NCBI RefSeq assembly: GCF_030384885.1
Contig: NZ_CP128613.1
DNA length: 64,000 nt
Direction: 5' to 3' (one strand)
DNA from: Escherichia coli
Lineage (GTDB): Bacteria > Pseudomonadota > Gammaproteobacteria > Enterobacterales > Enterobacteriaceae
The position numbers were made by a program, and so were the translations under genes. Shown one piece after another: positions 1 to 13,548 of this stretch (positions are counted from its first letter, which is position 1; the number at the start of each line of letters is the position of its first letter). The notes under the pieces are model-generated. The model saw nothing but the letters and a program-made list of their open reading frames with translations. It ran no database searches and was not told the origin of the DNA.

Positions 1-235
1 TCGCGGCCAGATCGCTTAAATTCACTGCCAGAGCTTTATATGCCAAATCCGCAGGATCGATATCAGGGAGGAAATGGTTGCCCGCCACCAGCGTATCAGT
101 GCTGATCGCCAGGGTCTGTTTCTCGGGGATATTGAGAAGTGCGCAATCGTCGCCAATGCCCAGTTCGACATCAAGACGAGAACTTCTTACACGGTCAAAA
201 TAACGGGCAATCAGGGAGAACTCGCCACATGCCAT
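1..235 (-). CDS. thiL: Thiamine-monophosphate kinase, N-terminal part (gene continues past window start)
   Basis: Reverse complement of 182..235 translates [18 protein letters not shown], the ThiL N-terminus; ATG at 233-235; no stop before position 1. Confidence 0.85.
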
Positions 236-312
236 ACGTTATGCCTCAGCAGGTAAAAAAGAAAAGGCCGGCGATCGCGGAACGGTCTTCCGTGAATCTA
301 CCGGCCTGGATA

Positions 313-732
313 TCACTTTTTGTTAGGGCGAATCACAGGTGCTGCTTTATCGAGTACGCCGTTGACGAACTTATGGCTGTCTTCTGCGCCGAACGATTTC
401 GCCAGTTCGATCGCTTCGTTAATGGCCACTTTGTATGGCACATCGCTACGTTTAGACAGCTCGTACAGCGCAATGCGCAGTACTGCTTTTTCTACCTGGC
501 CCAGTTCTTCCAGCAGACGGGACAGGTACGGCTTCATCAGTCCGTCGAGGTATGCGGTGTTAGTCGCCACCCCGGCCAGCAGCTCACGGAAGTACAGGAC
601 GTCAACGTCTTTTACATCCTGTTCAGCCAGGAACTGGTATTCAACATCAGCGATGTCGTTCTGGGACAACTGCCAGGAGTAGAGCGCCTGGACGGCACAC
701 TCACGAGCGCGGCGACGAGCAGCAGGTTTCAC
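313..732 (-). CDS. nusB: Transcription antitermination factor NusB
   Basis: 139-aa [24 protein letters not shown]...; start codon reads GTG (cac at 730-732); sits between ribE and thiL as expected. Confidence 0.95.
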
Positions 733-751
733 GGATTTCCCCTTACTAATT

Positions 752-1222
752 TCAGGCCTTGATGGCTTTCAATACATTAATCATTTCAAGCGCGGTCAGT
801 GCAGCTTCTGCACCTTTGTTGCCAGCTTTGGTGCCAGCACGTTCGATCGCTTGTTCAATGCTTTCAGTGGTCAGAACACCAAAAGCAACCGGAATTTCGC
901 TGTCCTGGGCAACATGCGCCAGGCCGTTGCTTGCACCACCAGCGACATATTCAAAGTGGGCAGTGCCACCACGAATAACCGTACCCAGCGCAATCACCGC
1001 GTCATATTTACCGGTTTTAGCCAGTGCACCCGCCGCCAGCGGCAGCTCATAGGCACCAGGCACCCAAACAACGGTAATGTTTTCATCTTTTACCTGACCG
1101 ATACGTTTCAGTGCGTCAATTGCACCTTCCAGCAGGCTGTCATTGATAAAGTTGTTGAAACGCGCAATGGTGATGGCGACGCGAGCGTCCGGGGTAGCAA
1201 CGTTAGCTTCAATAATGTTCAT
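752..1222 (-). CDS. ribE: 6,7-dimethyl-8-ribityllumazine synthase
   Basis: Track ORF 752..1318 trimmed to the internal ATG at 1220-1222, giving 156 aa starting [25 protein letters not shown]. Confidence 0.93.
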
Positions 1223-1310
1223 TTTCTTCCTTCGGGTTCGAGTATGGCCCCGCAGGGGGGCGGATTTTAGCATAATATTTCGTGCGCTGCTTCCCTTTCG
1301 AGCCGGGAGA

Positions 1311-2414
1311 TCATGCACCCACTAAATGCAGGCAAACATCCGGGCCTACATGACGTATCTCTTTGAATTTAAATTGGGGGGCGTCGGCTAATTTCTCAAG
1401 TCCTGGCAGCGTGCATAATCCACGGGCGTCGTTGCCTAATAGTTTAGGTGCGATATAGACAATCAGCTCATCGACTAAGCCCGCCTGTAGCAATGCGCCA
1501 GCGAGCGTTGGCCCAGCTTCCACCCAGATGCTATTAATCTGCTGTTTACCCAGTTGCATCATCAATACAACCAGATCCAGATGACCTTTATGCTCTGGAA
1601 TCAGCAAGGTTCGCACCGTTTCCGGCCACTCACGAGAATCTTCCTGCGTACGCGCGAACCAGGTTTCGCCAGACTGCTGCACAATACGGTGTTCCGGCGT
1701 CACGCGATTTTGGCTATCAATCACAATACGTACTGGCTGGCGGAGATTTTGTTGCGGATAGAGCGCCTGAGTTTGTTCATCCAGTTCAGACCAACGCACC
1801 GTTAAGGCTGGATCGTCCGCCATGACTGTTGCGCTGCTGGTTAAAATGGCATGACTTTGCGCACGCAGACGTTGTACATCGCGTCGCGCCTGAGGAGACG
1901 TGATCCACTGGCTCTCACCGCTCGCCATCGCCGTGCGGCCATCTAGCGACGCGCCAAGTTTTAACTGGATATAAGGAAAGCCGGTGCGCATGCGCTTGAG
2001 AAAGCCTTTATTCAATTGCTCGGCTTCACTCATCATCAGGCCGTGGCTGACGTCAATGCCAGCCTGTTGCAAACGATAAAGTCCACGCCCAGCGACCTGC
2101 GGGTTAGGATCCTGCATCGCGGCAACCACGCGCGTGACACCCGCAGCAATCAACGCATCGCAACATGGCGGCGTACGACCATGATGACTACAAGGTTCGA
2201 GTGTGACATACGCCGTGGCACCTTTGGCTTTTTCGCCAGCCATGCGCAACGCGTGTACCTCGGCATGCGGTTCACCCGCTCGCTGATGGTAACCTTCACC
2301 GACGATTTCGCCATCTTTTACAATGACGCACCCGACATTCGGGTTGGGATGAGTGGTAAAACGTCCTCGTTGCGCCAGCTTAAGCGCCCGCGCCATGTAA
2401 TACTCGTCCTGCAC
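1311..2414 (-). CDS. ribD: Bifunctional riboflavin biosynthesis deaminase/reductase
   Basis: 367-aa ORF with deaminase motif HAEVHAL...[11 protein letters not shown]; GTG start read from sequence. Confidence 0.95.
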
Positions 2415-2417
2415 GGC

Positions 2418-2903
<486 letters not shown>

Positions 2904-3017
2904 TTACCCTGAACTGACGATACAACAAAGGCGCAACGCTTTTGAGATAAAGGATCGATGCTTTCGCTGCTTTTACCCTCTACCATTAGGCTTATTGCGA
3001 TAAGAAAGGGACGACCT

Positions 3018-3557
3018 ATGAATACAAACGTTTTTCGACTGCTCCTGCTGGGAAGCCTGTTCAGCCTTAGCGCCTGTGTGCAGCAAAGCGAAGTGCGGCA
3101 GATGAAACACAGCGTCAGCACACTGAACCAGGAGATGACGCAACTCAATAAAGAAACGGTCAAAATCACTCAGCAAAACAGGCTGAATGCAAAATCCAGC
3201 AGTGGGGTTTACCTTCTGCCTGGAGCGAAAACACCAGCAAGACTGGAAAGCCAGATCGGTACTTTACGTATGTCGCTGGTGAATATTACGCCTGATACAG
3301 ATGGCACCACCCTGACGCTACGTATTCAGGGCGAGTCGAATGATCCCTTGCCCGCATTCAGCGGAACTGTTGAATATGGGCAAATTCAGGGAACAATAGA
3401 CAACTTTCAGGAAATCAATGTGCAGAATCAATTGATTAACGCCCCTGCCAGCGTCCTCGCCCCCAGCGATGTTGATATTCCGTTACAGTTAAAGGGTATT
3501 TCTGTGGATCAGTTAGGCTTTGTACGTATCCACGACATTCAACCTGTTATGCAGTAA
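3018..3557 (+). CDS. yajI: Lipoprotein YajI
   Basis: 179 aa from ATG 3018; lipoprotein signal MNTNVFRLLLLGSLFSLSAC; track ORF starts 60 nt further upstream. Confidence 0.85.
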   Translation: MNTNVFRLLLLGSLFSLSACVQQSEVRQMKHSVSTLNQEMTQLNKETVKITQQNRLNAKSSSGVYLLPGAKTPARLESQIGTLRMSLVNITPDTDGTTLTLRIQGESNDPLPAFSGTVEYGQIQGTIDNFQEINVQNQLINAPASVLAPSDVDIPLQLKGISVDQLGFVRIHDIQPVMQ

Positions 3558-3728
3558 ACGTATCGCGGGGCGTTTTGTGCGTCCCGCAACATCTTTCCCC
3601 GTCATTTTGTTACTCTGCTTACATCACCCAGATTGATAGTAAAAGTTTGCAACAAGGGTGAAAGTCAGTACAATCCCCGCCCGAATGTGTGTAAACGTGA
3701 ACGCAATCGATTACGTAAATGATAGAAC

Positions 3729-3765
3729 TGTGAAACGAAACATATTTTTGTGAGCAATGATTTTT
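3729..3765 (+). promoter_or_regulatory. Candidate CRP/CytR half-sites in the tsx promoter region
   Basis: Two TGTGA motifs (3729-3733, 3749-3753) about 100 bp upstream of the tsx ATG; tsx is a known CRP/CytR/DeoR target (from memory). Confidence 0.3.
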
Positions 3766-3854
3766 ATAATAGGCTCCTCTGTATACGAAATATTTAGAAA
3801 CGCAATTTGCGCCTTTTTCACTCCCGCAAGGGATTTTCAAACAGTGGCATACAT

Positions 3855-4739
3855 ATGAAAAAAACATTACTGGCAGCCGGTGCGGTACTGGCGCTCTCTT
3901 CGTCTTTTACTGTTAACGCAGCTGAAAACGACAAACCGCAGTATCTTTCCGACTGGTGGCACCAGAGCGTTAACGTTGTCGGAAGCTATCACACCCGTTT
4001 CGGACCGCAGATCCGCAACGATACCTACCTTGAGTACGAAGCATTCGCTAAAAAAGACTGGTTCGACTTCTATGGGTATGCGGATGCGCCGGTATTCTTC
4101 GGCGGTAACTCCGATGCAAAAGGTATCTGGAACCACGGTTCCCCGCTGTTTATGGAAATCGAACCACGTTTCTCCATCGACAAGCTGACCAATACTGACC
4201 TTAGCTTTGGTCCGTTCAAAGAGTGGTACTTCGCGAACAACTACATTTACGACATGGGTCGTAATAAAGATGGTCGCCAGAGCACCTGGTACATGGGTCT
4301 GGGTACCGATATTGATACTGGCCTGCCGATGAGCCTGTCCATGAACGTGTATGCAAAATACCAGTGGCAGAACTATGGCGCAGCGAACGAAAACGAGTGG
4401 GACGGTTACCGTTTCAAAATTAAATACTTTGTGCCGATTACCGATCTGTGGGGTGGTCAGCTGAGCTACATCGGCTTCACCAACTTCGACTGGGGTTCCG
4501 ATTTAGGGGATGACAGCGGTAACGCAATCAACGGTATTAAGACCCGTACCAATAACTCCATCGCTTCCAGCCATATTCTGGCTCTGAACTACGATCACTG
4601 GCACTACTCTGTCGTAGCTCGTTACTGGCACGACGGTGGTCAGTGGAACGACGATGCAGAACTGAACTTCGGCAACGGCAACTTCAACGTTCGCTCTACC
4701 GGCTGGGGTGGCTACCTGGTAGTAGGTTACAACTTCTGA
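3855..4739 (+). CDS. tsx: Nucleoside-specific outer-membrane channel Tsx
   Basis: 294 aa from ATG 3855; [22 protein letters not shown] signal peptide; ends in aromatic ...VGYNF typical of a beta-barrel. Confidence 0.95.
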
Positions 4740-4746
4740 TGAATGA

Positions 4747-4775
4747 AATGCCGGATCTTGTATCCGGCATTTCAG
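4747..4775 (+). terminator. Putative intrinsic terminator downstream of tsx
   Basis: Stem aatgccggat / atccggcatt with 5-nt loop at 4747-4771, followed by a short T-containing tail. Confidence 0.5.
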
Positions 4776-4802
4776 ATTGTTAACAACGTGCGCTTTGTTC
4801 AT

Positions 4803-4900
4803 GCCGGATGCGGCATAAACGCCTTATCCGGCCTACAAAAACACGTAAATTCAATACATTGCTGAGATTACGTAGGCCTGATAAGCGTAGCGCATCAGGC
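4803..4900. repeat. REP/BIME pair
   Basis: gccggatgcggcataaacgccttatccggcctac (4803-4836) and inverted gtaggcctgataagcgtagcgcatcaggc (4872-4900) match the enterobacterial REP consensus. Confidence 0.85.
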
Positions 4901-4956
4901 AATTTTGCGTTTGTCATAAAGCTCAAATAACGGATTTTGTATCCGTCATTTTTTTA

Positions 4957-5304
4957 TCACTTCTTCTTATTCATCATCGCTTTTAAATCAGCGAATGGGT
5001 TGTACTTCGCTTCACCGATATCTTTCTGCGCATCTTCCCCTGCGATAACCGTCGTACCATACTGATCCGCTTCGGTATATTTCGAATGCTCATGATCGTG
5101 GCAATAGAGACACAACAATTCCCAGTTACTGCCATCTTCCGGGTTATTAGTATGGTCGTGATCAATGTGGTGAACAGTAAGTTCACGCAGGTTGGAATAG
5201 ACAAACTCGCGGGAACAGCGACCGCAGACCCACGGATAGAGTTTTAACGCTTTTTCGCGATAGCCGCTTTCTAACCGCGCATAATTTTTTGGGATGATAG
5301 CCAT
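4957..5304 (-). CDS. yajD: HNH-family nuclease-like protein YajD
   Basis: 115-aa ORF with HNH-type motif HHIDHDHTNN...LLCLYCHDHEH; ATG at 5302-5304. Confidence 0.9.
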   Translation of the reverse strand: MAIIPKNYARLESGYREKALKLYPWVCGRCSREFVYSNLRELTVHHIDHDHTNNPEDGSNWELLCLYCHDHEHSKYTEADQYGTTVIAGEDAQKDIGEAKYNPFADLKAMMNKKK

Positions 5305-5433
5305 GAGAAGTTACCTGGATGAAATGTAGGGTTAGGCGCAGTTTCCCAAGATGCGAGGGTTTTCGCAATCACCTTACATCAAAAAAAAATCCCGATCTTC
5401 TGACCGGGATTTTCAACATCAGCTGAAACTTGA

Positions 5434-6405
5434 TTAAGGCAGAATTGACGGCTGATCCGCCCCTTCTTTCTCCACTTTCTGCTGTAACATGTGTTCGCGC
5501 TTCATACCCAGTTTCAGGGCCAGCGCCGATGCTACGTAGATAGAAGATGCAGTACCGATAGTCACACCAATCAGCATGGTCAGCGAGAAGCCTTCCAGTA
5601 CCGGACCACCGAAGAGGTACAGCATCAGGATAACCATCAAGGTAGTACCGGATGTGATCAAGGTACGGTGCAGCGTCTGGGTCAAGGACACGTTAAAGAT
5701 TTCGTAAGGCGTACCGCGACGGATCTTGCGGAAGTTTTCACGAATACGGTCCGAGACCACGATACTGTCGTTAAGCGAGTAACCGATGACCGACATCAGT
5801 GATGCCACAATAGTCAGGTCAATCTCGATATGGAATAACGACAAAATACCCAACGTAATGATCACGTCGTGCGCCAGCGCAATAACGACCCCTGCAGCCA
5901 GTCGCCACTCAAAGCGGAAACCTACATACACGAGGATAGACAGCAGCGCCACCATCAACGCCATCGCACCGGTTTGCGCAAGGTCTGCCCCCACGCTCGG
6001 ACCAACGAATTCAATACGCTTCACTGCCGCATTCTGATTGGTGGATTCGTTAATCACCTTCAGAACCTGGCTGCCCAGCACCTGACCGCCGGTTTCGCCT
6101 TCAGCAGGCGGCATGCGGACCATGATGTCGTGGCTGCTACCAAAGTTTTGCAGCATTGGCTCTTCAAAACCGGCTTTTTGCAATGCATCACGCATTACAT
6201 CAATTTCAGCGGGTTTTTCGAGCGTAATTTCAATAACCGTACCACCGGTGAAATCCAGCCCCCAGTTAAAGCCGCGTACGCCCATTATGACGATAGCGGC
6301 GATCAACAGCAGACCAGAGATGCCAAATGCCCAGTAGTCCCAGCGCATAAAGTCATAGACTTTACGGCCGTGGTTTAGTTGTTCAACAGTATATTCCTGT
6401 GCCAC
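5434..6405 (-). CDS. secF: Protein translocase subunit SecF
   Basis: 323 aa from GTG at 6403-6405 ([16 protein letters not shown]...); the track ORF extends 15 codons upstream into secD. Confidence 0.93.
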   Translation of the reverse strand: MAQEYTVEQLNHGRKVYDFMRWDYWAFGISGLLLIAAIVIMGVRGFNWGLDFTGGTVIEITLEKPAEIDVMRDALQKAGFEEPMLQNFGSSHDIMVRMPPAEGETGGQVLGSQVLKVINESTNQNAAVKRIEFVGPSVGADLAQTGAMALMVALLSILVYVGFRFEWRLAAGVVIALAHDVIITLGILSLFHIEIDLTIVASLMSVIGYSLNDSIVVSDRIRENFRKIRRGTPYEIFNVSLTQTLHRTLITSGTTLMVILMLYLFGGPVLEGFSLTMLIGVTIGTASSIYVASALALKLGMKREHMLQQKVEKEGADQPSILP

Positions 6406-6415
6406 ATCGCACTCC

Positions 6416-8263
6416 TCAGATTGACAGCTTCTTGACGCGCTTGCCGCCATATAGCAGGTTTACGATGGCACGCGTACCGACAATCGCGGTAAACATCGAC
6501 GTCGCCACACCGATACCGGTAGTAATCGCGAACCCTTTAATTGCCCCGGTACCCACTGCGTACAGGATGATGACTTTAATCAGCGTGGTGATGTTCGCAT
6601 CGAAAATGGAACTGAATGCGCCACGATAACCTTCATCAATTGCCTGTTGAACAGTACGTCCGTTGCTCAACTCTTCTTTAATACGTTCGTTGATCAGTAC
6701 GTTCGCATCGACCGCTACCGCAAGGGTTAAGACGATACCCGCGATACCTGGCATACTCAGCGTTGCGCCTGGCAACAGCGACATAATGCCGACGATCAAG
6801 ATCAAGTTGGCAATCAGAGCACTGGTCGCAATCAGACCAAACTTCTTATAGAAGATGATCATAAACAGAATAGAAACCAGCAGACCGGCAAGGCAAGCCT
6901 CCAGCCCCTGTTCAATGTTCTGCATACCCAGAGTCGGGCCAATGGTACGTTCTTCAACAATCTGAATTGGCGCGATCAACGCACCGGCACGCAGCAAAAG
7001 TGAAAGCTGACGGGCTTCGTTCGGGTTGTTAATACCGGTGATACGGAAGCTGTTACCCAGACGAGACTGGATGTTAGCGATGTTAATCACCTCTTCCTGT
7101 TTCACCAGAACCGCACGACCGTTAGCATCTTTCTTACCGCTGTCTTTGTACTCCACAAATAGGGTCGCCATCGGTTTGCCGATGTTGTCCTTGGTGAAGT
7201 TAGACATGATGTTGCCACCAGCGCTATCGAGCGAGATGTTAACCTGCGGCTGGTTGTATTCGTCCTGGCTGGAAGTGGAATCAGTGATGTGGTCACCGGT
7301 CAGAATTACGCGTTTGTACAGCACAACAGGCTGACCTTCGCGGGTCTGTTTCACTTCAGAGTCGCCCGGTACGCGTCCAGACGCAGCAGCGGCCTGGTCA
7401 ACGTTGGTATTTACCAGACGGAATTCCAACGTTGCCGTTGCACCCAGAATCTCTTTCGCTCGTGCGGTGTCCTGGATACCAGGCAGCTCAACAACGATAC
7501 GGTCAGCACCCTGACGCTGAACCACCGGCTCCGCCACGCCAAGCTGGTTTACACGGTTACGCAGTATGTTGATGTTCTGTTGCACCGCGTATTCACGCGC
7601 CTCACTCAGACGCGCATCGCTCATTACCGCACGCAGCTGATTGCTGCCCTGGCTACTAATCACCAGGTCCGGATGACGCTTGCTCAGATACGCAATGGCT
7701 TCATCACGAGCTTTAGCATCGCGGAAAGTGATGCTCAGGCCGTAGTTGTTTTCTTTACGAACGGTGGTATACGGGATGCCCTTTTCGCGCAGGTCGCTGC
7801 GCAGGCTATCGATATTTTGTTCCTGGAGTTTGCCAAGCGCGGTGTCCATATCCACTTCCATCAGGAAGTGAACGCCGCCACGCAGGTCAAGGCCGAGCTT
7901 CATCGGCTCAGCGTGAATAGCTGCCAGCCAGCGCGGCGTTGCCGGGGCAAGGTTAAGCGCCACGACGTATTTGTCACCCATAACGCCCATTAATGCTTCA
8001 CGAGCGCGCAGCTGGGTGTCAGTGGAGTCGAAGCGCGCAAGAATAGCGCCCTCTTCCAGTGCCACAGACTTAGCAGTTATTTTTTCTTCTTGTAACGTTT
8101 TCTGGACCTGGATCAGCGTTTGCTCACTGGCGGCGACTCCGCGCGCACCAGTGATCTGAACAGCCGGATCCTCACCAAACAGGTTGGGAAGCGCATACAG
8201 CAGACCGATGACAATCACCACGATCAGCATGACGTACTTCCACAAAGGATAACGGTTTAACAC
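6416..8263 (-). CDS. secD: Protein translocase subunit SecD
   Basis: 615-aa [20 protein letters not shown]...; GTG start (cac at 8261-8263). Confidence 0.95.
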   Translation of the reverse strand: MLNRYPLWKYVMLIVVIVIGLLYALPNLFGEDPAVQITGARGVAASEQTLIQVQKTLQEEKITAKSVALEEGAILARFDSTDTQLRAREALMGVMGDKYVVALNLAPATPRWLAAIHAEPMKLGLDLRGGVHFLMEVDMDTALGKLQEQNIDSLRSDLREKGIPYTTVRKENNYGLSITFRDAKARDEAIAYLSKRHPDLVISSQGSNQLRAVMSDARLSEAREYAVQQNINILRNRVNQLGVAEPVVQRQGADRIVVELPGIQDTARAKEILGATATLEFRLVNTNVDQAAAASGRVPGDSEVKQTREGQPVVLYKRVILTGDHITDSTSSQDEYNQPQVNISLDSAGGNIMSNFTKDNIGKPMATLFVEYKDSGKKDANGRAVLVKQEEVINIANIQSRLGNSFRITGINNPNEARQLSLLLRAGALIAPIQIVEERTIGPTLGMQNIEQGLEACLAGLLVSILFMIIFYKKFGLIATSALIANLILIVGIMSLLPGATLSMPGIAGIVLTLAVAVDANVLINERIKEELSNGRTVQQAIDEGYRGAFSSIFDANITTLIKVIILYAVGTGAIKGFAITTGIGVATSMFTAIVGTRAIVNLLYGGKRVKKLSI

Positions 8264-8290
8264 GGCAATTCCCTTAGGGAAAAATTTTAA

Positions 8291-8623
8291 TTACAGCGCC
8301 TTCATGGTGCCTTTCGGCAGGACGGCAGCTACGAAGTCACGTTTAATAACTACTTCAGTGGTGTCATTCAGTGCGATAGCAATGTAGCCGTTTTCCGCTA
8401 CTTTGGTTACGCGACCGACCAGGCCACCGTTCGTCAGAACTTCATCACCTTTGGCAATGGAGTCCATCAGCTTTTTGTGTTCTTTGGTGCGCTTCTGCTG
8501 TGGACGCAGGATCATGAAATAGAAAATCAGACCGAATACCACCAGCATCAAAATCAAAGACATCGGGCTACCTTGCGCCGGTGCACCCGTTGCCGCTACC
8601 GCATCAGAAATAAAAAAGCTCAT
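8291..8623 (-). CDS. yajC: Sec translocon accessory protein YajC
   Basis: 110 aa from ATG 8621-8623, MSFFISDAVAATGAPAQGSPMSLIL... Confidence 0.93.
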   Translation of the reverse strand: MSFFISDAVAATGAPAQGSPMSLILMLVVFGLIFYFMILRPQQKRTKEHKKLMDSIAKGDEVLTNGGLVGRVTKVAENGYIAIALNDTTEVVIKRDFVAAVLPKGTMKAL

Positions 8624-8645
8624 TAAATTTCCCTCATTATTAATA

Positions 8646-9788
<1,143 letters not shown>

Positions 9789-9827
9789 TCAGAAAAACAG
9801 TCCAACGTTTAAACCAGCGCCGCGGAA

Positions 9828-10898
9828 TTACTCCCCGACGCGCTCATTAATTGCCTGCGGATTGTACGTGATAAACATCGCATCACCGTAACTAAAAAAG
9901 CGATATTTCTCTTCTACCGCCGCTTTATAGGCGTTCATAGTGTGTTGATAGCCGGCAAATGCCGAAACCAGCATAATCAGCGTCGATTCAGGAAGGTGGA
10001 AGTTCGTCACCAGCGCATCGACCACTTTGTACTGGAAGCCCGGATAGATAAAGATTTGGGTATCGTCAAAGAACGGTTCGATGAGATCGTTTTTCGCCGC
10101 CTGGGCCGCGCTTTCCAGCGAACGTACCGAGGTGGTGCCAACCGCAATCACCCGATTACCGCGTGCTTTTGCTGCCAGTACCGCGTCTACCACATCCTGC
10201 GGCACTTCAGCGTATTCTGAGTGCATGATGTGATCTTCAATGGTGTCGACGCGCACCGGCTGGAAAGTACCCGCACCAACGTGCAGAGTTACGAACGCCA
10301 TCTCCACGCCTTTGGCGCGCAATTTTTCCAGCAAAGGTTCGTCAAAATGCAGCCCGGCAGTCGGGGCCGCTACCGCGCCCGGTTTTTCACTATAAACTGT
10401 TTGATAAAGTTCGCGGTCTGCATCTTCGTCCGGACGGTCGATGTACGGCGGCAGTGGCATGTGGCCGATGCTGTTGAGGATATCCAGTACAGAACGATCA
10501 TCATTAAATTCGACTTCAAACAGTGCGCCGTGGCGAGCGGTCATTGTTGCGTTGATACTTTCGTCATCGCCCAACAGCAGCTCTGCGCCCGGTTTTGGCG
10601 CTTTCGAAGCGCGAATATGCGCAAGAATGCGTTTGTCGTCGAGCATACGCTCAACCAGCACTTCAATCTTGCCGCCGCTGGCTTTACGCCCAAACAGGCG
10701 CGCCGGGATCACGCGGGTATTATTAAAAACCAGAAGATCGCCGGGGTTGAGCTTATCGAGTAAATCGGTGAAAGTACCGTGCGTCAGCGCGCCCGTCGGC
10801 CCGTCCAGCGACAGTAAACGACAGCTACTGCGTTCAGGCATTGGATAGTGGGCAATCAGGGATTCGGGCAATTCAAAGGAGAAATCGGTAACGCGCAT
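9828..10898 (-). CDS. queA: S-adenosylmethionine:tRNA ribosyltransferase-isomerase
   Basis: 356-aa [22 protein letters not shown]... Confidence 0.95.
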   Translation of the reverse strand: MRVTDFSFELPESLIAHYPMPERSSCRLLSLDGPTGALTHGTFTDLLDKLNPGDLLVFNNTRVIPARLFGRKASGGKIEVLVERMLDDKRILAHIRASKAPKPGAELLLGDDESINATMTARHGALFEVEFNDDRSVLDILNSIGHMPLPPYIDRPDEDADRELYQTVYSEKPGAVAAPTAGLHFDEPLLEKLRAKGVEMAFVTLHVGAGTFQPVRVDTIEDHIMHSEYAEVPQDVVDAVLAAKARGNRVIAVGTTSVRSLESAAQAAKNDLIEPFFDDTQIFIYPGFQYKVVDALVTNFHLPESTLIMLVSAFAGYQHTMNAYKAAVEEKYRFFSYGDAMFITYNPQAINERVGE

Positions 10899-10990
10899 GA
10901 CACTGACTCAGACTAAAATAAGAGGCGGGTAGTCTAGTGCCGGGGCGCTCTCCCTGCAACCTTTACCCCCCTTTGGATAGAATATAATCG

Positions 10991-11572
10991 ATGAATTTTT
11001 TAGCTCACCTGCATCTAGCCCATCTCGCGGAAAGCTCGCTTTCCGGCAATTTACTGGCTGATTTCGTACGCGGAAATCCTGAAGAAAATTTTCCGCCCGA
11101 CGTCGTGGCTGGCATTCATATGCATCGCCGTATCGACGTACTGACCGATAATCTGCCGGAAGTCCGCGAAGCAAGGGAGTGGTTTCGTCGTGAAACCCGC
11201 CGCGTTGCGCCTATTACGCTGGATGTCATGTGGGATCACTTTCTTTCCCGCCACTGGTCGCAGCTGTCGCCGGACTTTCCACTACAGGAATTTGTTTGTT
11301 ATGCCCGCGAGCAAGTGATGACGATTTTGCCGGACTCACCGCCACGCTTTATCAATCTGAACAACTACTTATGGTCTGAGCAATGGCTGGTTCGCTATCG
11401 CGATATGGATTTCATCCAGAACGTGTTAAACGGCATGGCAAGCCGTCGCCCACGTCTGGATGCCCTGCGTGACTCCTGGTACGATTTAGACACCCATTAC
11501 GACGCCCTGGAAACCCGCTTCTGGCAGTTTTATCCGCGGATGATGGCGCAGGCGTCACGCAAGGCGTTATAA
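10991..11572 (+). CDS. acpH: Acyl carrier protein phosphodiesterase
   Basis: 193-aa [31 protein letters not shown]... Confidence 0.92.
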   Translation: MNFLAHLHLAHLAESSLSGNLLADFVRGNPEENFPPDVVAGIHMHRRIDVLTDNLPEVREAREWFRRETRRVAPITLDVMWDHFLSRHWSQLSPDFPLQEFVCYAREQVMTILPDSPPRFINLNNYLWSEQWLVRYRDMDFIQNVLNGMASRRPRLDALRDSWYDLDTHYDALETRFWQFYPRMMAQASRKAL

Positions 11573-11576
11573 GAGG

Positions 11577-13394
11577 TTAATTCATCCACACCGTAGCCGA
11601 AATGGCAGACAAAGCCAGAATCCCGTCCGTCAGTTGCCCATGCCCCTCCTTGCGTTGCCATTGCGCGACATTGAGTAACGGCGACGCGGGTAGCACCACT
11701 TCACAGGCTTCGCCACGGTTGATAGCCACCAGCACACGCTGCTGATTCAGCACGCGGACAAATACCACTACGTTATCTTCCGCATATACCACCTGGCAGC
11801 CACCACGACGCAGCGCATGGCTTTTCTTACGTAGCGCAATCATTCGCTGGTACAGCGCGAATAATGCCGTATCCTGTTTATCCACCTGCCAGGGGAACGG
11901 TTTACGGCAAAACGGATCGTTTTTGCCATCCACCCCCACTTCATCACCGTAATAAATACACGGTATGCCAGGCCAGGTAAGAAGCCAGACCACCGCCAGC
12001 GGCAGACGCGCGACATCCCGACCGAGAAGTGTTTTAAATCGCGCAGTATCGTGGCTGTCGAGCTGATTAAACATGCGCAATTGCTGTTGATGAGAAAGCC
12101 CTGCGCGGTAATTATCCATCCAGGCCATACAGGTTTGGGCGTCAATTTGCTGCGGATCGTAAGAGATATCAGTGTTGGCAAGAAATCCCCACAACGGGAA
12201 TGTGAAGCCACGATAGTTCATGGCGGCATCTTCCACATCGGCCTGTAGCCATTGCCGTGCATCGCCAAAATGTTCGCCGACTATATACGCTTCCGGTTGG
12301 GTTTCTTTCGCGGCTTCGGTGATCCCAGCGACGTGCTGTAAATTATTGCGCGCCCCACCCGCTTCTCCCAGCATATGCACCACATCCAGCCGCCAGCCGT
12401 CCATATTCCATGGTGCTTTCAGCCAATGGCGGACAATGCTGTCTTCCCCGCGATAAATTTCATTTACCAGACTTTCCGATTGATAATCCAGCTTCGGCAG
12501 GCTGGCATAGCCCAGCCAGTCGAGCGCCGTGCCATCATCGCTAAATGAGTACCAGTCACGCCAGGGCGATTCGGGGTTGTGACAAGCGCCACCTGTCCCA
12601 CGATTATGTCGGTCAAACCAGGCATGGGAGTCGCCACTGTGGTTAAACACGCCGTCCAGCACCAGCCGCATTCCCATCTGCTGTGTATTGTTTCGTAAAC
12701 GCAGCAACGCCCCATCGCCGCCAAACTGCGGATCGACATGGCGATAATCCTCGGTATCGTATTTGTGTACGCTGGGGGCTTTAAACACCGGATTAAGATA
12801 CAGCGCCGTCACGCCGAGCTTTTTCAGATACGGCAGTTTTTCGCTGATACCGTCCAGATCGCCGCCATAGAACGTTGATCCGCCCGCCTGCGCCGTGACC
12901 GGTTCATCCCAGTCACGCAATATGATCTCTTGTCCGGCTGCGTGATGGTAATAAACATGATCCTGTTCAGCTTCACGAGGAAGACTACGGGCGAAACGAT
13001 CAGGGAAGATCTGATAAAAAATCTGATCTGCCGCCCATTGTGGCCCGATGTCCGGTACATCGACGGCAAACTGCTCCAGTCGCGCTGGCGGCATTCGGCT
13101 GAAGCCCTGCGGTGTAAACCAACGCTGGTGATCGTGCCACAATAATTTGAAGCTATAGCGCCGCCGGGGTTGCCCAATGGAAATATCGATGGCCGCCCGC
13201 CATGCCGTGACACCAGGCAGGGGCTGACTGCGCTGCTTATGCATCGGTACTGACGTTTCTTCGTTATCGTTTTCTGTACGTAGCATAATCCGCTGCGGTG
13301 GGTCTTCGCCTGTCAGCCACAGTGTAATGAGTAGTTGATCTTTGCTTTGTTTAACAAATGGGGGCACCGGCAGGTGCCATGCATTTAACATCAT
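11577..13394 (-). CDS. malZ: Maltodextrin glucosidase
   Basis: 605-aa ORF with glycoside-hydrolase family 13 motifs ([20 protein letters not shown]). Confidence 0.93.
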   Translation of the reverse strand: MMLNAWHLPVPPFVKQSKDQLLITLWLTGEDPPQRIMLRTENDNEETSVPMHKQRSQPLPGVTAWRAAIDISIGQPRRRYSFKLLWHDHQRWFTPQGFSRMPPARLEQFAVDVPDIGPQWAADQIFYQIFPDRFARSLPREAEQDHVYYHHAAGQEIILRDWDEPVTAQAGGSTFYGGDLDGISEKLPYLKKLGVTALYLNPVFKAPSVHKYDTEDYRHVDPQFGGDGALLRLRNNTQQMGMRLVLDGVFNHSGDSHAWFDRHNRGTGGACHNPESPWRDWYSFSDDGTALDWLGYASLPKLDYQSESLVNEIYRGEDSIVRHWLKAPWNMDGWRLDVVHMLGEAGGARNNLQHVAGITEAAKETQPEAYIVGEHFGDARQWLQADVEDAAMNYRGFTFPLWGFLANTDISYDPQQIDAQTCMAWMDNYRAGLSHQQQLRMFNQLDSHDTARFKTLLGRDVARLPLAVVWLLTWPGIPCIYYGDEVGVDGKNDPFCRKPFPWQVDKQDTALFALYQRMIALRKKSHALRRGGCQVVYAEDNVVVFVRVLNQQRVLVAINRGEACEVVLPASPLLNVAQWQRKEGHGQLTDGILALSAISATVWMN

Positions 13395-13548
13395 AATTCC
13401 CCTGTGATGAAAATCTGATCACCTTGCCATAGCCTAATGCAGGATCACTCATCATCTGAAGGATATTTGGGGGAGGAGGACGGGGGCGGATAACTTTCGG
13501 AATAGCCGGATCAGGGCTTGCCTTGATCCGGCTTACAGAACGCAGTGA

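Noticed and set aside
3619-3867. Cys-rich 82-aa minus-strand ORF in the tsx upstream region
   Set aside because: It sits in the tsx promoter/operator region, has no ribosome-binding site and an implausible composition; most likely a chance frame in AT-rich regulatory DNA.
4911-4928. Pho-box-like half-site TTGTCATAAA upstream of the yajD 3' end
   Set aside because: Only one half-site with a degenerate partner (GCTCAAAT), and it is not positioned upstream of any gene start; likely a chance match.
13505-13532. Imperfect palindrome gccggatcagggc / gccttgatccggc between proY and malZ
   Set aside because: Looks like a degenerate REP-like hairpin; it has one mismatch and no T-tract, so it is not called as a terminator or as a distinct element.
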